This document shows positions 32,315-42,935 of a DNA stretch of 62,469 nucleotides, one piece after another. Made by a program: the position numbers and the translations under genes. The notes beneath the pieces were generated by a model, which worked only from the letters and a program-made list of their open reading frames with translations, ran no database searches and was not told the DNA's origin. Source of the stretch: Victivallales bacterium (GTDB lineage Bacteria > Verrucomicrobiota > Lentisphaeria > Victivallales > UBA1829); contig JAZUCU010000023.1 in NCBI GenBank assembly GCA_045639325.1, positions 1-62,469 of the forward strand, in the 5' to 3' direction. Position 1 is the first letter of the stretch. Every line of letters begins with the position of its first letter.

Positions 32315-33349
32315 ATGAAAAAAACAAAAGAGATTCTGGCTGTTTTAAGAAATGAATTACGGTCCGGTCATTACAAACCCGGATCACGTTTCCCTTCCGA
32401 ATTCAGCTTGATGAGCCGGTTCGATGCCGCAAGAACGACCATCAATAAGATTACTGCACAACTGGAAGAAGACGGGTTCATCCTTCGTTCTCAGAAAGGT
32501 GCCGGAACGAAAGTCGCAGATTCCATGCCTTTCCCTATCGGGCACATTGCTTATCTGGGGCCGATCCATGGCCATACATATCACCGCCGGCTTCTGGAAG
32601 GACTACAGAAAAATGCGTTCCTGAAAAATTATGCCGTCAGCGTATTCTCTCCCGGTGCCGAACTCGTCGGTTTATGTCTCGAAAAAATCCGGAATTCAAA
32701 GTACCAGGGTTTGCTGGTCGCAAATGTGGGATATCTGCCCGAAGATTATCCCATCCCCATCGTTTGTCTGGATACACCCTGTTTTACCCCCGATCACGTC
32801 AAAACAACGGTCGGTTGCACCGATTACAAAGGCGCGGTCGAAATGGCGGAAACCGTCCTGGCTTACGGACACCGTGAAATCCTGATTTTTTCTCACCACA
32901 TGGAAATCGAATTATCACGCGTGCAACGATGCCGCGGATTTCTGGAGACCCTCGCAAAAAATGGAATCCCGAACGTGGCACGGCGTTTTATTCATGAACC
33001 GGCGATGATCGATACTTCCAGTACAAAACATTATCTGCAGAATGCACTGAAACGTTTCCCCGATACCACCGTGATCATGACCGATTCCGATACCGTTGCA
33101 ATACATCTTTTTCAGGCAATGCAGGGTCTCCAACTGAAGCATCCGATCACTCTGACCGGATTCGGAAATCAGACAACGAATGACTGTTTTGTCAAGTTCC
33201 CGGGGGTGGAAACACACCCCGAAGAAATTGGCACACAAGGCATCAACGAACTTCTGCGCATCATCAATGAACCGGATTATGCCCCACCGAAATCCATTGA
33301 GATCGAAACGGAACTCGTTTATCTGGATCGCTTGCCGCACATCCACTGA
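32315..33349 (+). CDS. AraR-type regulator (GntR HTH plus PBP1-like domain)
   Basis: N-terminal GntR-like HTH (PSEFSLMSRFDAARTTINKITAQL) and a C-terminal LacI-type ligand-binding fold. Confidence 0.5.
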   Translation: MKKTKEILAVLRNELRSGHYKPGSRFPSEFSLMSRFDAARTTINKITAQLEEDGFILRSQKGAGTKVADSMPFPIGHIAYLGPIHGHTYHRRLLEGLQKNAFLKNYAVSVFSPGAELVGLCLEKIRNSKYQGLLVANVGYLPEDYPIPIVCLDTPCFTPDHVKTTVGCTDYKGAVEMAETVLAYGHREILIFSHHMEIELSRVQRCRGFLETLAKNGIPNVARRFIHEPAMIDTSSTKHYLQNALKRFPDTTVIMTDSDTVAIHLFQAMQGLQLKHPITLTGFGNQTTNDCFVKFPGVETHPEEIGTQGINELLRIINEPDYAPPKSIEIETELVYLDRLPHIH

Positions 33350-33352
33350 AAA

Positions 33353-35728
33353 TCAGCTCAGTTTCATCCACTGAATATCAACATGGGTGGAATTCAGCTG
33401 GGGCGGGTCAAACCAGAGTTCGTTGATCATTCCGCACCATAACGGATTCGTGGTCAGATCCAGGGTGTATTCATGCCATTCCCCATCCAGAATAGCCGGC
33501 ACACTCACCGCGGCTTCCCGGCGGATGTGCAGATTTTCCTGAATCAGAGATTGTTCCGTTGTGCCAAAATAAAGCCGGACCAATTCCTGTTTATCCGGGG
33601 ATGGCGTCACATTCTTATTCAATGTCACTTTCATCCGGACTTTGAACTTCGTAAACTGATCCGCCGCAAACGGGGTCAGACGGGTACGGATCGCCGCACG
33701 GTCACCGCCGGAACGGAAGAAGTGCATGGCGCCGTCAATAATCTGCAAATACGCTGTCCCGAATGGATTGCGATACCATCCCTGTACATCTTTACTGAAG
33801 TCCCAGGATGTTTTGGCAGGCCGTTCCATCGGCGGGAAATCATAAGGTCCGCGCCCGGCATCGGCGGGAACCAGATTCGGCGGAAATCCTTCCGGAGGCG
33901 GCGTGCAGAAGGTGTCACGCAATGCATTGTACAACTGGAAGCCGAACTCTTCATTCGGTTCGATATAACTGCCTTCCTGCCACTCATTCAACGGGGAGAT
34001 GATGATCTTTCTGCGCTCATTTTTTTCGCAGAAATCTTTGCATAATTGGCACATCTTCCAATGTTTTTCCGGCGTTCTGCCGTAAATCTCCATTGCATAT
34101 TCAAACGAACGCGGCTGATCATTCCAGCCGGTCGGAAGAACAGGAATCAAAGAGGGCTCCATGCCTTTTGCGGCGGAAATCTGCCACCATTTGGGCAGGG
34201 CATCCATCACGCAATCAAAATTGTAATGCTGCTGGGTATCGCCGGGCTGCGCGGCTTCCGGTGACATCCGGTATCCCTGCGTTGCAAAATTGTAAATCAT
34301 CTGATCTTTGAATCCGGCATCATAAGCCGCCTGAAGGCGCGCCGCTTCGCAATCCAAACAGCCGGTGTACATGCTGATAAAGTAAATTTCCGGCAATCCG
34401 GCTTTCCGCATTTCTTCGTTGGAAATCGCCAATGCACGCTTGATTCCTTCGCCTTCTGCCAGCGTTTCGCCGCGCGCTTCCGCTTCCAGACGGAAATCGC
34501 GATCGATATTCGTATACGCCCAGATAACAACGACCGGATGCCCGTCGATGGTATAATATTCCGGCGTCCGGAAATAATTTTCGATCCAGAACCGGGTAAC
34601 ATTCACCTGGTCTTCCGCAGAATGTGCACCCACTTCGTTATGGTTCGCCCACATGATATACCACTTGAGATATTTCCGGAAACGGGCTTTGTAATACGCT
34701 TTGATCCAATGATCCAGACGCTGTGCCCCGCGATTCCAATACCAGTCCAGACAGAAGCTGGAAATACCGTTTTCAACCGCCCATTTGATCTGCCAGTCAA
34801 TCACTTCCGGATTACTTTCATCGTACCAGCCAAGTAATGGTTTGAGATGCGGCAAAGTCTGTTCAACCTGATCCCATTCCGCCATCTGTTCCGTCCCCGG
34901 ATAATAAAAGGCGGAAATCTCAATTTCGCTTTTCTGCGGCTGCGGTTCCGGGATATAATCCAATACTTTTGTGCGGACGAATTTCGCAATCGCATTTTCA
35001 ATATCCCCATAAAGACGGACGCTGTCCCCAACGAAAATACGGTGGGAAATCCGCTCCTCATCCTTTTTATAGAAATAACAATCGCAATCAACTCCCAACG
35101 CTTCCGCAGCGGCCGCCAGCGTGCGCGTACATGCACACGGCACAACCGGGTCTTCCGTATCATGTGTGCAGAAAATCGGCGGAGAATCCGGCTTCAGATA
35201 CTTCACCGGATCAATGGATGCCAAATCTTCGGCGGATGGCTCACGTCCGAAAAGTCCATTGTAACGGCCCGGCGCATAAGCATGATCTTCTTTCACCGAA
35301 TTGATACCGGAAATGGAAACGATCCCGCTCACCCGATCCGACGGCAGACGCAACCCCGTCATCAACGCATAATGTCCGCCCGATGAACCCCCGATGACCA
35401 TGATTTTATTCTGTTTGAGTGCTTTGATTTCAGGAATATCTCCATTAAGCAAAGCCCAGGCTGCGGCAAGACAGTCATCTCCACCTGCCGGCCACTTATG
35501 TTCCACGGAAAGACGGTAGTTGATGTTATAAACCGCCATACCCAGATCCCGACAGAGGAAGGTCGAAATCTCTGCCATGCGGCTCTTATCCAACGAGCTC
35601 CATGCGCCGCCGTGAATACACAACGCAACCGGGGTATTTTCCGTCGTATTCCCCGGCAGATAAAGATCGCCGATCCCATCCGGTCCGGCAATCTGCGAAT
35701 ATGTGATATTTTCCAGTATCCTCATCAT
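33353..35728 (-). CDS. Alpha/beta-hydrolase (esterase) fused to a TIM-barrel glycoside-hydrolase-like domain
   Basis: N-terminal motifs HGGAW and GGSSGGHYA (GxSxG). C-terminal ~450 aa is GH-like. No signal peptide. Confidence 0.45.
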   Translation of the reverse strand: MMRILENITYSQIAGPDGIGDLYLPGNTTENTPVALCIHGGAWSSLDKSRMAEISTFLCRDLGMAVYNINYRLSVEHKWPAGGDDCLAAAWALLNGDIPEIKALKQNKIMVIGGSSGGHYALMTGLRLPSDRVSGIVSISGINSVKEDHAYAPGRYNGLFGREPSAEDLASIDPVKYLKPDSPPIFCTHDTEDPVVPCACTRTLAAAAEALGVDCDCYFYKKDEERISHRIFVGDSVRLYGDIENAIAKFVRTKVLDYIPEPQPQKSEIEISAFYYPGTEQMAEWDQVEQTLPHLKPLLGWYDESNPEVIDWQIKWAVENGISSFCLDWYWNRGAQRLDHWIKAYYKARFRKYLKWYIMWANHNEVGAHSAEDQVNVTRFWIENYFRTPEYYTIDGHPVVVIWAYTNIDRDFRLEAEARGETLAEGEGIKRALAISNEEMRKAGLPEIYFISMYTGCLDCEAARLQAAYDAGFKDQMIYNFATQGYRMSPEAAQPGDTQQHYNFDCVMDALPKWWQISAAKGMEPSLIPVLPTGWNDQPRSFEYAMEIYGRTPEKHWKMCQLCKDFCEKNERRKIIISPLNEWQEGSYIEPNEEFGFQLYNALRDTFCTPPPEGFPPNLVPADAGRGPYDFPPMERPAKTSWDFSKDVQGWYRNPFGTAYLQIIDGAMHFFRSGGDRAAIRTRLTPFAADQFTKFKVRMKVTLNKNVTPSPDKQELVRLYFGTTEQSLIQENLHIRREAAVSVPAILDGEWHEYTLDLTTNPLWCGMINELWFDPPQLNSTHVDIQWMKLS

Positions 35729-35753
35729 AAAACAACTCCTGTATGCAATCTTA

Positions 35754-37211
35754 TTATTCCGTTACAATGACACATTCGATTCCGAAACTGTCCGCAATCT
35801 TCTTGATGCTGCCCGCATGATGCCCGATCCCCAACGCAAAGTGATGCGTCGGACCTTCCATAACCCATTTCTTCAGGAATGTACGCACATCCGGCAGAAA
35901 TTTTCCGTGCGTATTGGTGTTCCCCGTCGGCGGAATCGGCCCCGCCAATGATTCACCTTCTGCTACGATAAATTTGAAATTGCCATCCGCTTTCACCCCG
36001 ATGCTCAACATGGTGATCGGGCCCGTTTTAATATTGAATTCCACACCCGCACCCTTGCCCGGTTTGCCATGATATTTCTTCAGACTGCGCAATACCGGCT
36101 TGCTGTCCGCAATGTTCAAGTGATGCGGTCCGTCATGACCGACCAATACCGTATCGCGCTGGAAATCAATCGGGTGGAATTCTGCAAAACTGCCGCCGAT
36201 TTCCAGACGGTCGAATATCAGCATCGCTATACAGGTCTTGATGTCAAACTCGCCGCACATGGGGAAGCCGGCAGCCGTCAGCAACGAATTGCCGACGATA
36301 AAGTTGGTAACCAGTGCACGCATTTCCGACTCCGGTGCACTTTCGTAATAATACGCAAAACCATCGATTTTTTTCTTCGCAATGAATTTTTCAAGCGCAA
36401 CTGCCGCTTTGGATGCCATCAGCAAATCACCCGGGATCAGCTTGGTCGTGACCGGGTCATCCACCGGATCCGGCGTATCGAAAAATTCCAGGATCCGACG
36501 GCTCATTTCCTGCACTTCCGGAGAATCTTCCGTCAGATTTTCATATTCCGCAAAAATCTCTTCACATTCACACGGCACCGCATGGGCACCGAATGCCGCC
36601 GTCACCGCTGCCGGATCCGTCTGCATATCCAACATCGTATCAAGCACATGCCCCATATAACCGATGCGCGCTTTCCGCAAATCATGACGCACATGAGCGA
36701 TTCGACACCACTCTTCCAACGCCGCATCTGCCGCCGGATCATTGGTCAATGTACCGATAATCACATCCGCCACCGGCTTTTTCATGCGGATCGCCACACC
36801 CGTGAATTCGGGAATGGAGCAGAGGTCATCGTTGCACAATTGCATAAACGTTGTACCATGCGGATAATCCATACATTCCAGCGGCTGAAGCGCCACAAGT
36901 ACCACCGGACAAGTCATTTCCCGTACAATTGCCCCGAACGTTGCACTGGTCGCATACGTCACCATATCCACAAACAAGACATCCGGATCTGCTGCCTTGA
37001 TTTTCGGCAGAACTTCATACGCTTTCCGGTCATTATCCACCATGCCGAAATTGTGAACCATCAACTGCTGTGTTGCAAGTTTCTGCTCCAATACAGCACT
37101 TTTCCGTTCCATTTCTTCCAGTAATCCCGGAAATTGTTTCCAGTACGTATCCAGTCCGACGGAAATCAATGCGGCATTTCCGGCAAGGGGTTTTCTGCGG
37201 GGAATCTGCAT
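35754..37211 (-). CDS. L-arabinose isomerase family (AraA-like) sugar isomerase
   Basis: 485 aa. Pattern similarity to AraA along the whole length (..VGLDTYWKQ.., ..GEFDIKT.., C-terminal ..HHFALGIGHH..). Confidence 0.5.
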   Translation of the reverse strand: MQIPRRKPLAGNAALISVGLDTYWKQFPGLLEEMERKSAVLEQKLATQQLMVHNFGMVDNDRKAYEVLPKIKAADPDVLFVDMVTYATSATFGAIVREMTCPVVLVALQPLECMDYPHGTTFMQLCNDDLCSIPEFTGVAIRMKKPVADVIIGTLTNDPAADAALEEWCRIAHVRHDLRKARIGYMGHVLDTMLDMQTDPAAVTAAFGAHAVPCECEEIFAEYENLTEDSPEVQEMSRRILEFFDTPDPVDDPVTTKLIPGDLLMASKAAVALEKFIAKKKIDGFAYYYESAPESEMRALVTNFIVGNSLLTAAGFPMCGEFDIKTCIAMLIFDRLEIGGSFAEFHPIDFQRDTVLVGHDGPHHLNIADSKPVLRSLKKYHGKPGKGAGVEFNIKTGPITMLSIGVKADGNFKFIVAEGESLAGPIPPTGNTNTHGKFLPDVRTFLKKWVMEGPTHHFALGIGHHAGSIKKIADSFGIECVIVTE

Positions 37212-37383
37212 AATATCTCTTCTCCATGTTTGTTTTTATAACTTGATGCTGGATAATATAACTTGCAAAATCCCATCCGCAAGTGAAACTATGCCAATAC
37301 CGGAATAAATTTGCAGAAAATATTACTTTTTACACTGATCCAGCACTTGCTTTTCCTGCATTCCAGCATTATATTAACTTACC

Positions 37384-38259
37384 ATGCGATACAATAAATT
37401 TTCTACCGAATCTTATTTCCACAGCGGCGAAAACGTGGTCGTCTTCCTTACCGAAGATTCCCCCGAACTCTACCCGCAGCCATACAGCACCCTCAATCAG
37501 AGAGAGTTCTGGAAGATTACTTCTGTACTCAAAGGCCATGGATTTATGATCATCAACGGCAGACGTTACCCCGTCTCCCCCGGCTTTGTATGCCTGGTTC
37601 ATCCCCGCGACCTTACAACATGGGAATTGACCACGGAATCTTTGACTCTGTATAACGTCCTTTTCCGTCATTCTGCCGTTGCCGGCGAAATCGCACAATG
37701 GGCGGAACAGAATGATTTCTTTGCCATATTTCAGGCGGCGGATCAGGCGGATATCTCCATTCGACATGAACTTTTACACTTGCTGGATGCCAACCGGAAC
37801 ATCACCGCATTGATCAAAAAAATGTATCATGAATACAAACGGGAAGATATCCATTCTGCCGATCTCTTGAGAATATACTTGTTGGAATTACTATTGGAAC
37901 TTTCCCGTTCCAGCCTGAAGGGTTTTTCCAAAAACCGAAAAATGATCGTCTTGAATTTTATACGGAAAAAACTTCTTGCTCCAGGTGCAAAAATGCCGGA
38001 TCTCAGCAGTTTATGTGCGGAAAGCGGTTTTTCCCGGGGCTATCTGCTTGCCGCTTATAAATCGACCTTCAACGAAACCATGGGCAAAACACTTCTCAAA
38101 AGCCGGATCAGTCATGCAAAGGATTTGCTCCGCGATTCGGATTTACCGGTTTACCGAATCTGTCAAATTTGCGGATTTTCGGACTCTGCCAATTTCTACC
38201 GTGTTTTCCGCCGTGAAACCGGTTGCTCCCCCGCCGACCTCCGCTCGGTAAAAAAGTAA
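37384..38259 (+). CDS. AraC-family transcriptional regulator (cupin plus HTH_AraC)
   Basis: C-terminal RICQICGFSDSANFYRVFRRETGCSPADLR. Confidence 0.75.
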   Translation: MRYNKFSTESYFHSGENVVVFLTEDSPELYPQPYSTLNQREFWKITSVLKGHGFMIINGRRYPVSPGFVCLVHPRDLTTWELTTESLTLYNVLFRHSAVAGEIAQWAEQNDFFAIFQAADQADISIRHELLHLLDANRNITALIKKMYHEYKREDIHSADLLRIYLLELLLELSRSSLKGFSKNRKMIVLNFIRKKLLAPGAKMPDLSSLCAESGFSRGYLLAAYKSTFNETMGKTLLKSRISHAKDLLRDSDLPVYRICQICGFSDSANFYRVFRRETGCSPADLRSVKK

Positions 38260-38292
38260 AAAAAGATTGCCCCAACATGCTGGAGCAATCTT
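38251..38292 (-). terminator. Rho-independent terminator for the 38309-39238 gene (convergent with araC-like)
   Basis: Stem 'aagattgc'/'gcaatctt' with a 15-nt loop, and a T-run on the minus strand. Confidence 0.5.
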
Positions 38293-38308
38293 GAAATGTC
38301 AGAAAATA

Positions 38309-39238
38309 TCAGAACGGTGCAGCCGCTGACGGTGTGAAACTGTTCTGAACAGGTGCTGCAGCAGGTGCTGCCTGCAACTGTGACGGGCGGACAATATAGT
38401 CTGTCTTGATTGGATCATTGGTATGATTCTGGATAACCAAGCCGGTGCAATCATCTTCATTCTGTGCAGTAATTCTGATTGTTGCAACTTTAATTTCCTG
38501 AAATCTCACTTTACCAGTTCTGCGATTGCGTATTTTCTTACCTGTTTTAAAAATATCAAAAGTAGAACCAATTGCTGCAACACTGGGGGGTGTATCAATG
38601 GTGATCTGTTTACCGCTTACATCAATAACATAAAAATTTGCGTATTTCATCATTTCCATAACAGCTTTTTTACAGGCATCCTGACATGCTGCCTGCAGAA
38701 TCTGCTCTCTATCGTTACTGACACGTCTTGTTCCGGCTGCTGTGGATGCATTCAAAATTTTCCGGGAAGAGATATTGATGCTTTTCAAAGTCAATGCAGT
38801 TTTGCCGTCGACAATGGTCATAATAAATTCAACATCCGCAAATTCACTCCGTGAGCCGCTTCCATACATATTGCGTCCGATGGAACTTGAAATGCCGTAT
38901 TTTGCAACCGTCAGGCGGATCTGATAGGCAGGAGGCGCAATTTTGGTGCTTCCGGGGGCAGTATCGGCTCCGGCTGTCCATTTTTCCAGGTCTACCAAGG
39001 CAGCAGCAAAATCTTCCATTGTAACAACACGATAGATACCATTATTGGTAAATTCATGGGTCAAACGGTCAACCAACGCAGAAAAGTTTGCGCGGCGGTT
39101 ATCCGTTTTATTGACCAGTTTAGTAGTATCAATGCAGATAATCGGACGAGTATCTTTTCCATCTTCCTGTGCAGAAACAAGTGCTTGCGCAGAGAAAAGT
39201 GTGACCAGAGAGAAAATACAACAAATAATTTTTTTCAT
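38309..39238 (-). CDS. Secreted CsgG/LpoB-like fold protein of unknown function
   Basis: Signal peptide. The pattern RPIICIDTTKL...FSALVDRLTHEFTNNGIYRVV is reminiscent of CsgG/TolB-N-like domains. Last gene of a 4-gene operon. Confidence 0.3.
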   Translation of the reverse strand: MKKIICCIFSLVTLFSAQALVSAQEDGKDTRPIICIDTTKLVNKTDNRRANFSALVDRLTHEFTNNGIYRVVTMEDFAAALVDLEKWTAGADTAPGSTKIAPPAYQIRLTVAKYGISSSIGRNMYGSGSRSEFADVEFIMTIVDGKTALTLKSINISSRKILNASTAAGTRRVSNDREQILQAACQDACKKAVMEMMKYANFYVIDVSGKQITIDTPPSVAAIGSTFDIFKTGKKIRNRRTGKVRFQEIKVATIRITAQNEDDCTGLVIQNHTNDPIKTDYIVRPSQLQAAPAAAPVQNSFTPSAAAPF

Positions 39239-39244
39239 TTTTTA

Positions 39245-40243
39245 TTACCTCGCGATTTTTGCAGATGTCCAAAGGAATACTTTGCGTTTCTGGGGATCAT
39301 CGTTGCCGCTGACATAAACCCAGGCGTGATCTCTATCAACGGGAGCACCATGCCTACCGACAATACCAGTTGCAAGCTGCTGTTGAAGCACCTGTGTTTT
39401 CGGTGCCTGACCGGGAATGCTCGGGAGAGTCTGGACAAGGTTTCTGTAGAAAATAACTCTTTGTCCATTTCTGATACCATAGTTTGTACCTACAGACAAA
39501 CGAACAAACAGACCATTACCGATTGTTTGATCTACATACATCGGCGGTGCAAACTGGCTTACATAGTTGCCCATTGCCTGACCGATTGCATGACGAACTG
39601 CATCTTTCACAACGGAAATATCCGGAGTGGGTGTGGGGAAACCTTTGCTGTAAGTCACACTCTTTTCAAAATTAAATACCTGTTTTCCAGCAGGGTCAAG
39701 AAGTGTGACATTAACTGTAACGTCAACATAGAACCATCTGATCTTCTGAACATTTCGATTGCTGATAAATACTCTGGCTGTTGCAGTGGCATCTTTTACT
39801 TCAACATTGCTAATGTTATAAGTAAAAATGTATGTGGCATTATTTGCGTCAGCATCGCTAATCACCGGAACATCAGACATGGCTGCCGGATCACTGCTTA
39901 TCAGATTGAAATCACTTAAATGGCCAATTTCAGTTTCCAATGCCGCATGGGCTGTTGCCATCAAATCTTTTCGGAATTCACGAGTAAGCGTCATCTGTCT
40001 GGCGCCGGAAGGACGGACTCCCGCAGAAATAAAGCGATTTCCTTTTTCCGACATTTGAACTTTTACGTTACGCTTGAAGTCTGTGCGCGGAGCAATTGTT
40101 GCTATTTGCTGTGCAACGAATGCTTTATTTGCTGTATCTTCCAACAGGTCGGCTTCTGTTGTGCCGATTCCGGGATAAGTGACACAGCCGCTGAGAAAAA
40201 TGCCTGCGGAAAGCCCCAATAAAAATCTGAGTTTACTTTTCAT
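39245..40243 (-). CDS. Lipoprotein of unknown function
   Basis: Lipobox FLSGC. Its stop overlaps the start of the upstream gene by 4 bp. Confidence 0.5.
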   Translation of the reverse strand: MKSKLRFLLGLSAGIFLSGCVTYPGIGTTEADLLEDTANKAFVAQQIATIAPRTDFKRNVKVQMSEKGNRFISAGVRPSGARQMTLTREFRKDLMATAHAALETEIGHLSDFNLISSDPAAMSDVPVISDADANNATYIFTYNISNVEVKDATATARVFISNRNVQKIRWFYVDVTVNVTLLDPAGKQVFNFEKSVTYSKGFPTPTPDISVVKDAVRHAIGQAMGNYVSQFAPPMYVDQTIGNGLFVRLSVGTNYGIRNGQRVIFYRNLVQTLPSIPGQAPKTQVLQQQLATGIVGRHGAPVDRDHAWVYVSGNDDPQKRKVFLWTSAKIAR

Positions 40244-41352
40244 TTGTTTACCTCTTTATGTTTCGTTTGAATGGTAGGGAATGTTATGTTCTCCGACACA
40301 ATCAAATCATTTGTAATCTTTTTGAATTTGAGCTTGATAATTGTTTTGGAACGATTGTTACGGACCGTGATATTTTTGGTGACTGTTTTGTAACCAGCTG
40401 CTTCCGCAACAACAGTGTGTTTTCCGGCACAAATCTGATTGCCGTTTTCAAATTCTTTGCCATCGACTGTAAAAGTTACAGTGTCTGCATCGAATTCTTC
40501 ATCACCTTTAGGACCATCACATTTGAATTCCAACTTGGTCACAAAGTAGCTGGCAACTTTTTCTGCAATCTGCTTGAGAACATCTTCCATCAAATCAGAA
40601 GACGGATTAAAACCTTCGCTCTTGGATGCGCTGGTCTGGCGACGGTTTGTTTTTCCGACAACATGGAATGCTTTCAGAACATTACCATTAAAGTCACGGA
40701 TGTTAACAACTGCTTTCTGTGTGTAGATCGTTGTCTTGACGTGTACATGTCCTGCAGTAACTGTAGTGGATTCTTCTTTCAGATCATCGTGCAGGATAAT
40801 GGTCAGAAAAAAGCATACAGATGCAATATCCTGCTGTTCATTGCCACCAACAGCCCTTACAACTTCGGAAAAACTCGCATTGAAACGGTCAATAACCATG
40901 ATGTGTTCACTGTAGGGGTCCAGAAAAAGCTGGAGATAATTCTTTATAATAAATTCTTTTCTTCTTCCTCCGCCCTGATCCATAATCGCAGGACGGAGAT
41001 AATCAAGTACTTCAGTCAACTTACGGTTGTTGTAACGTATCTGTTCCGCTGCACTCCCGATATTTGAGTCGGACTTCATTGGAACTTGAAAGGACTTCTG
41101 ATATGGAGCCCCTGGGGTTAAACTCGCATCAGGCTGCAGTTCGGATAGAGTACCAATTTTTTCCACCACACAACAAATTTTGCCGGGTTTTACATGGACA
41201 GGAGCCTTGAATATCTTTGCTTCAGATACAGGTTGCGATACAGGAACTTTTGCCGGAATATCCTGTTTTACGGGCATACTGACACAACCGCTTAACAGAA
41301 CAACAGCCAAAAAAGCTCCTGAGAACTTAACCTTGTGCAACATGATATTCAT
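40240..41352 (-). CDS. Lipoprotein with C-terminal PEGA domain (paralog B)
   Basis: Lipobox LLSGC. C-terminus TVTFTVDGKEFENGNQICAGKHTVVAEAAGYKTVTKNITV is PEGA-like. Confidence 0.55.
   Translation of the reverse strand: MNIMLHKVKFSGAFLAVVLLSGCVSMPVKQDIPAKVPVSQPVSEAKIFKAPVHVKPGKICCVVEKIGTLSELQPDASLTPGAPYQKSFQVPMKSDSNIGSAAEQIRYNNRKLTEVLDYLRPAIMDQGGGRRKEFIIKNYLQLFLDPYSEHIMVIDRFNASFSEVVRAVGGNEQQDIASVCFFLTIILHDDLKEESTTVTAGHVHVKTTIYTQKAVVNIRDFNGNVLKAFHVVGKTNRRQTSASKSEGFNPSSDLMEDVLKQIAEKVASYFVTKLEFKCDGPKGDEEFDADTVTFTVDGKEFENGNQICAGKHTVVAEAAGYKTVTKNITVRNNRSKTIIKLKFKKITNDLIVSENITFPTIQTKHKEVNK
40333..40790. repeat. ~460-bp near-identical segment shared with 41452-41910 (3' halves of tandem paralogs)
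   Basis: About 95% nucleotide identity when read side by side. Confidence 0.8.
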
Positions 41353-41377
41353 GACTCCTTGAATAAGACATCAAGCC

Positions 41378-42472
41378 TTACTGATTAGCTGCCGGTGCAA
41401 CTGGTGCCGGTGCAGCAGCAGGAGCTTTTGCCTGCGGAACCTTGCGGAATTTGAGCTTGATAATTGTTTTGGAACGATTGTTACGGACCGTGATATTTTT
41501 GGTGACTGTTTTGTAACCTTCTGCTTCCGCAACAACGGTGTGTTTTCCGGCACAAATTTGATTGCCGTTTTCAAATTCATTGCCATCGACTGTGAAAGTT
41601 ACGGTGTCAGCATCGAATTCTTCATCACCTTTAGGACCATCACATTTGAATTCCAACTTGGTCACATAGTAGCTGGCAACTTTTTCTGCAATCTGCTTGA
41701 GAACATCTTCCATCAAATCAGAAGACGGATTGAAACCTTCGCTCTTGGATGCACTGGTCTGGCGACGGCTTGTTTTTCCGACAACATGGAATGCTTTCAG
41801 AACATTACCATTGAAGTCACGGATGTTACCAACAGCTTTCTGCGTGTAAGTTGTCTTTTTGATCAGAGTGTTTGAAACAGAAACAGTAGTAGATTCTGCC
41901 TTGAGGTCCTGCATGATAACAGTCAGGAAAACGCAAGCAGAAGCAATATCCTGCTGATCGTTGCCACTGATTGCTTTTTCAACTTCAGTAAGATTGGCGT
42001 TGGCGCGGTCAATAACCTTGATATATTCGCTATAGGGGTCGAGGAAGCTCTGGAGATAATTTTTGGCAACAACGATATCGCGTTTGTTTTTGTCACCGAT
42101 GATGGATGTACGCAAATTATCAAGAATATTTGCCATTTTTCTGTTTTGACGGGCAATTTCACGCTGCTCTTCGTTGTACTGTCTGATATTGTTGTTAAAG
42201 TTGAAGTTTGCAGATCTTCTTGCAAGTTCCGGATTGACTGCTCTGTCAGCTTCGCTTACTTTGGGGGTGGATGAAACGTTGAACTGTTTGATCTTTGCCA
42301 GAAATTCTTCTGTCTTTGCAATAGAATCAATGGTCCCTACGTCTGCAACCAACAAACAAACTTTGCCGGGATTTTTGTTGACAGGAATCTGGAATTTCTG
42401 TTCTTCTGCGTGCAAACCGGTAATGCCGACAAGCAACGCAAGAGCCGCTGTTTTGATGATTTGTTTTCTCAT
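41378..42472 (-). CDS. Secreted/lipoprotein with C-terminal PEGA domain (paralog A)
   Basis: ORF 41378-42565. The likely start is MRKQIIKTAALALLVGITGLHA (ATG at 42472, AAAGG RBS). The N-terminal half diverges from paralog B. Confidence 0.55.
   Translation of the reverse strand: MRKQIIKTAALALLVGITGLHAEEQKFQIPVNKNPGKVCLLVADVGTIDSIAKTEEFLAKIKQFNVSSTPKVSEADRAVNPELARRSANFNFNNNIRQYNEEQREIARQNRKMANILDNLRTSIIGDKNKRDIVVAKNYLQSFLDPYSEYIKVIDRANANLTEVEKAISGNDQQDIASACVFLTVIMQDLKAESTTVSVSNTLIKKTTYTQKAVGNIRDFNGNVLKAFHVVGKTSRRQTSASKSEGFNPSSDLMEDVLKQIAEKVASYYVTKLEFKCDGPKGDEEFDADTVTFTVDGNEFENGNQICAGKHTVVAEAEGYKTVTKNITVRNNRSKTIIKLKFRKVPQAKAPAAAPAPVAPAANQ
41452..41910. repeat. Second copy of the ~460-bp duplicated segment
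   Basis: See 40333-40790. Confidence 0.8.
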
Positions 42473-42829
42473 CTTTTTTACCTTTCTATTTGTTTTTTTT
42501 GTTAATGTCAGCTGTAACCTGACGTTGTAATGATTTTTAAACAAAAAAAAGCCGCAATAATCCACCTCTGGACTTCGCAGTTGTAAAATAGAACAGACAA
42601 ATCAGAATAAGAATAGAGTTCGTGGGCTGAATCAATTGTAATTCAGGATAGCTTGCGCTTACAAACTTTTCAGATGTTACATAACCGGAAATATGCAAAC
42701 AATACAACAAGATAAGTAGCTGTAACCGGAATGCTGTCGTTGCAACGGCTCCAAAATCCCTGATTTTTTGGTAAGCTTGATGAATCCCACAACTTTTTCT
42801 GTTGCGAAATCCAGCTTGTTTGGCATCAT

Positions 42830-42935
42830 TCGGTAAAAAACCGAACGCTTCCAAACACTCGCTCACAGGTCCGACCAAGAACCATCTGCATACATGCACG
42901 AAAGCGTCCGGCAAGATCTGTAGGCACAATCTCAC
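42830..42935. repeat. Degenerate repeat related to 9481-9580
   Basis: Shared blocks 'aaaaaaccgaacgct' and 'gaaagcgtccggcaag'. Confidence 0.4.
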
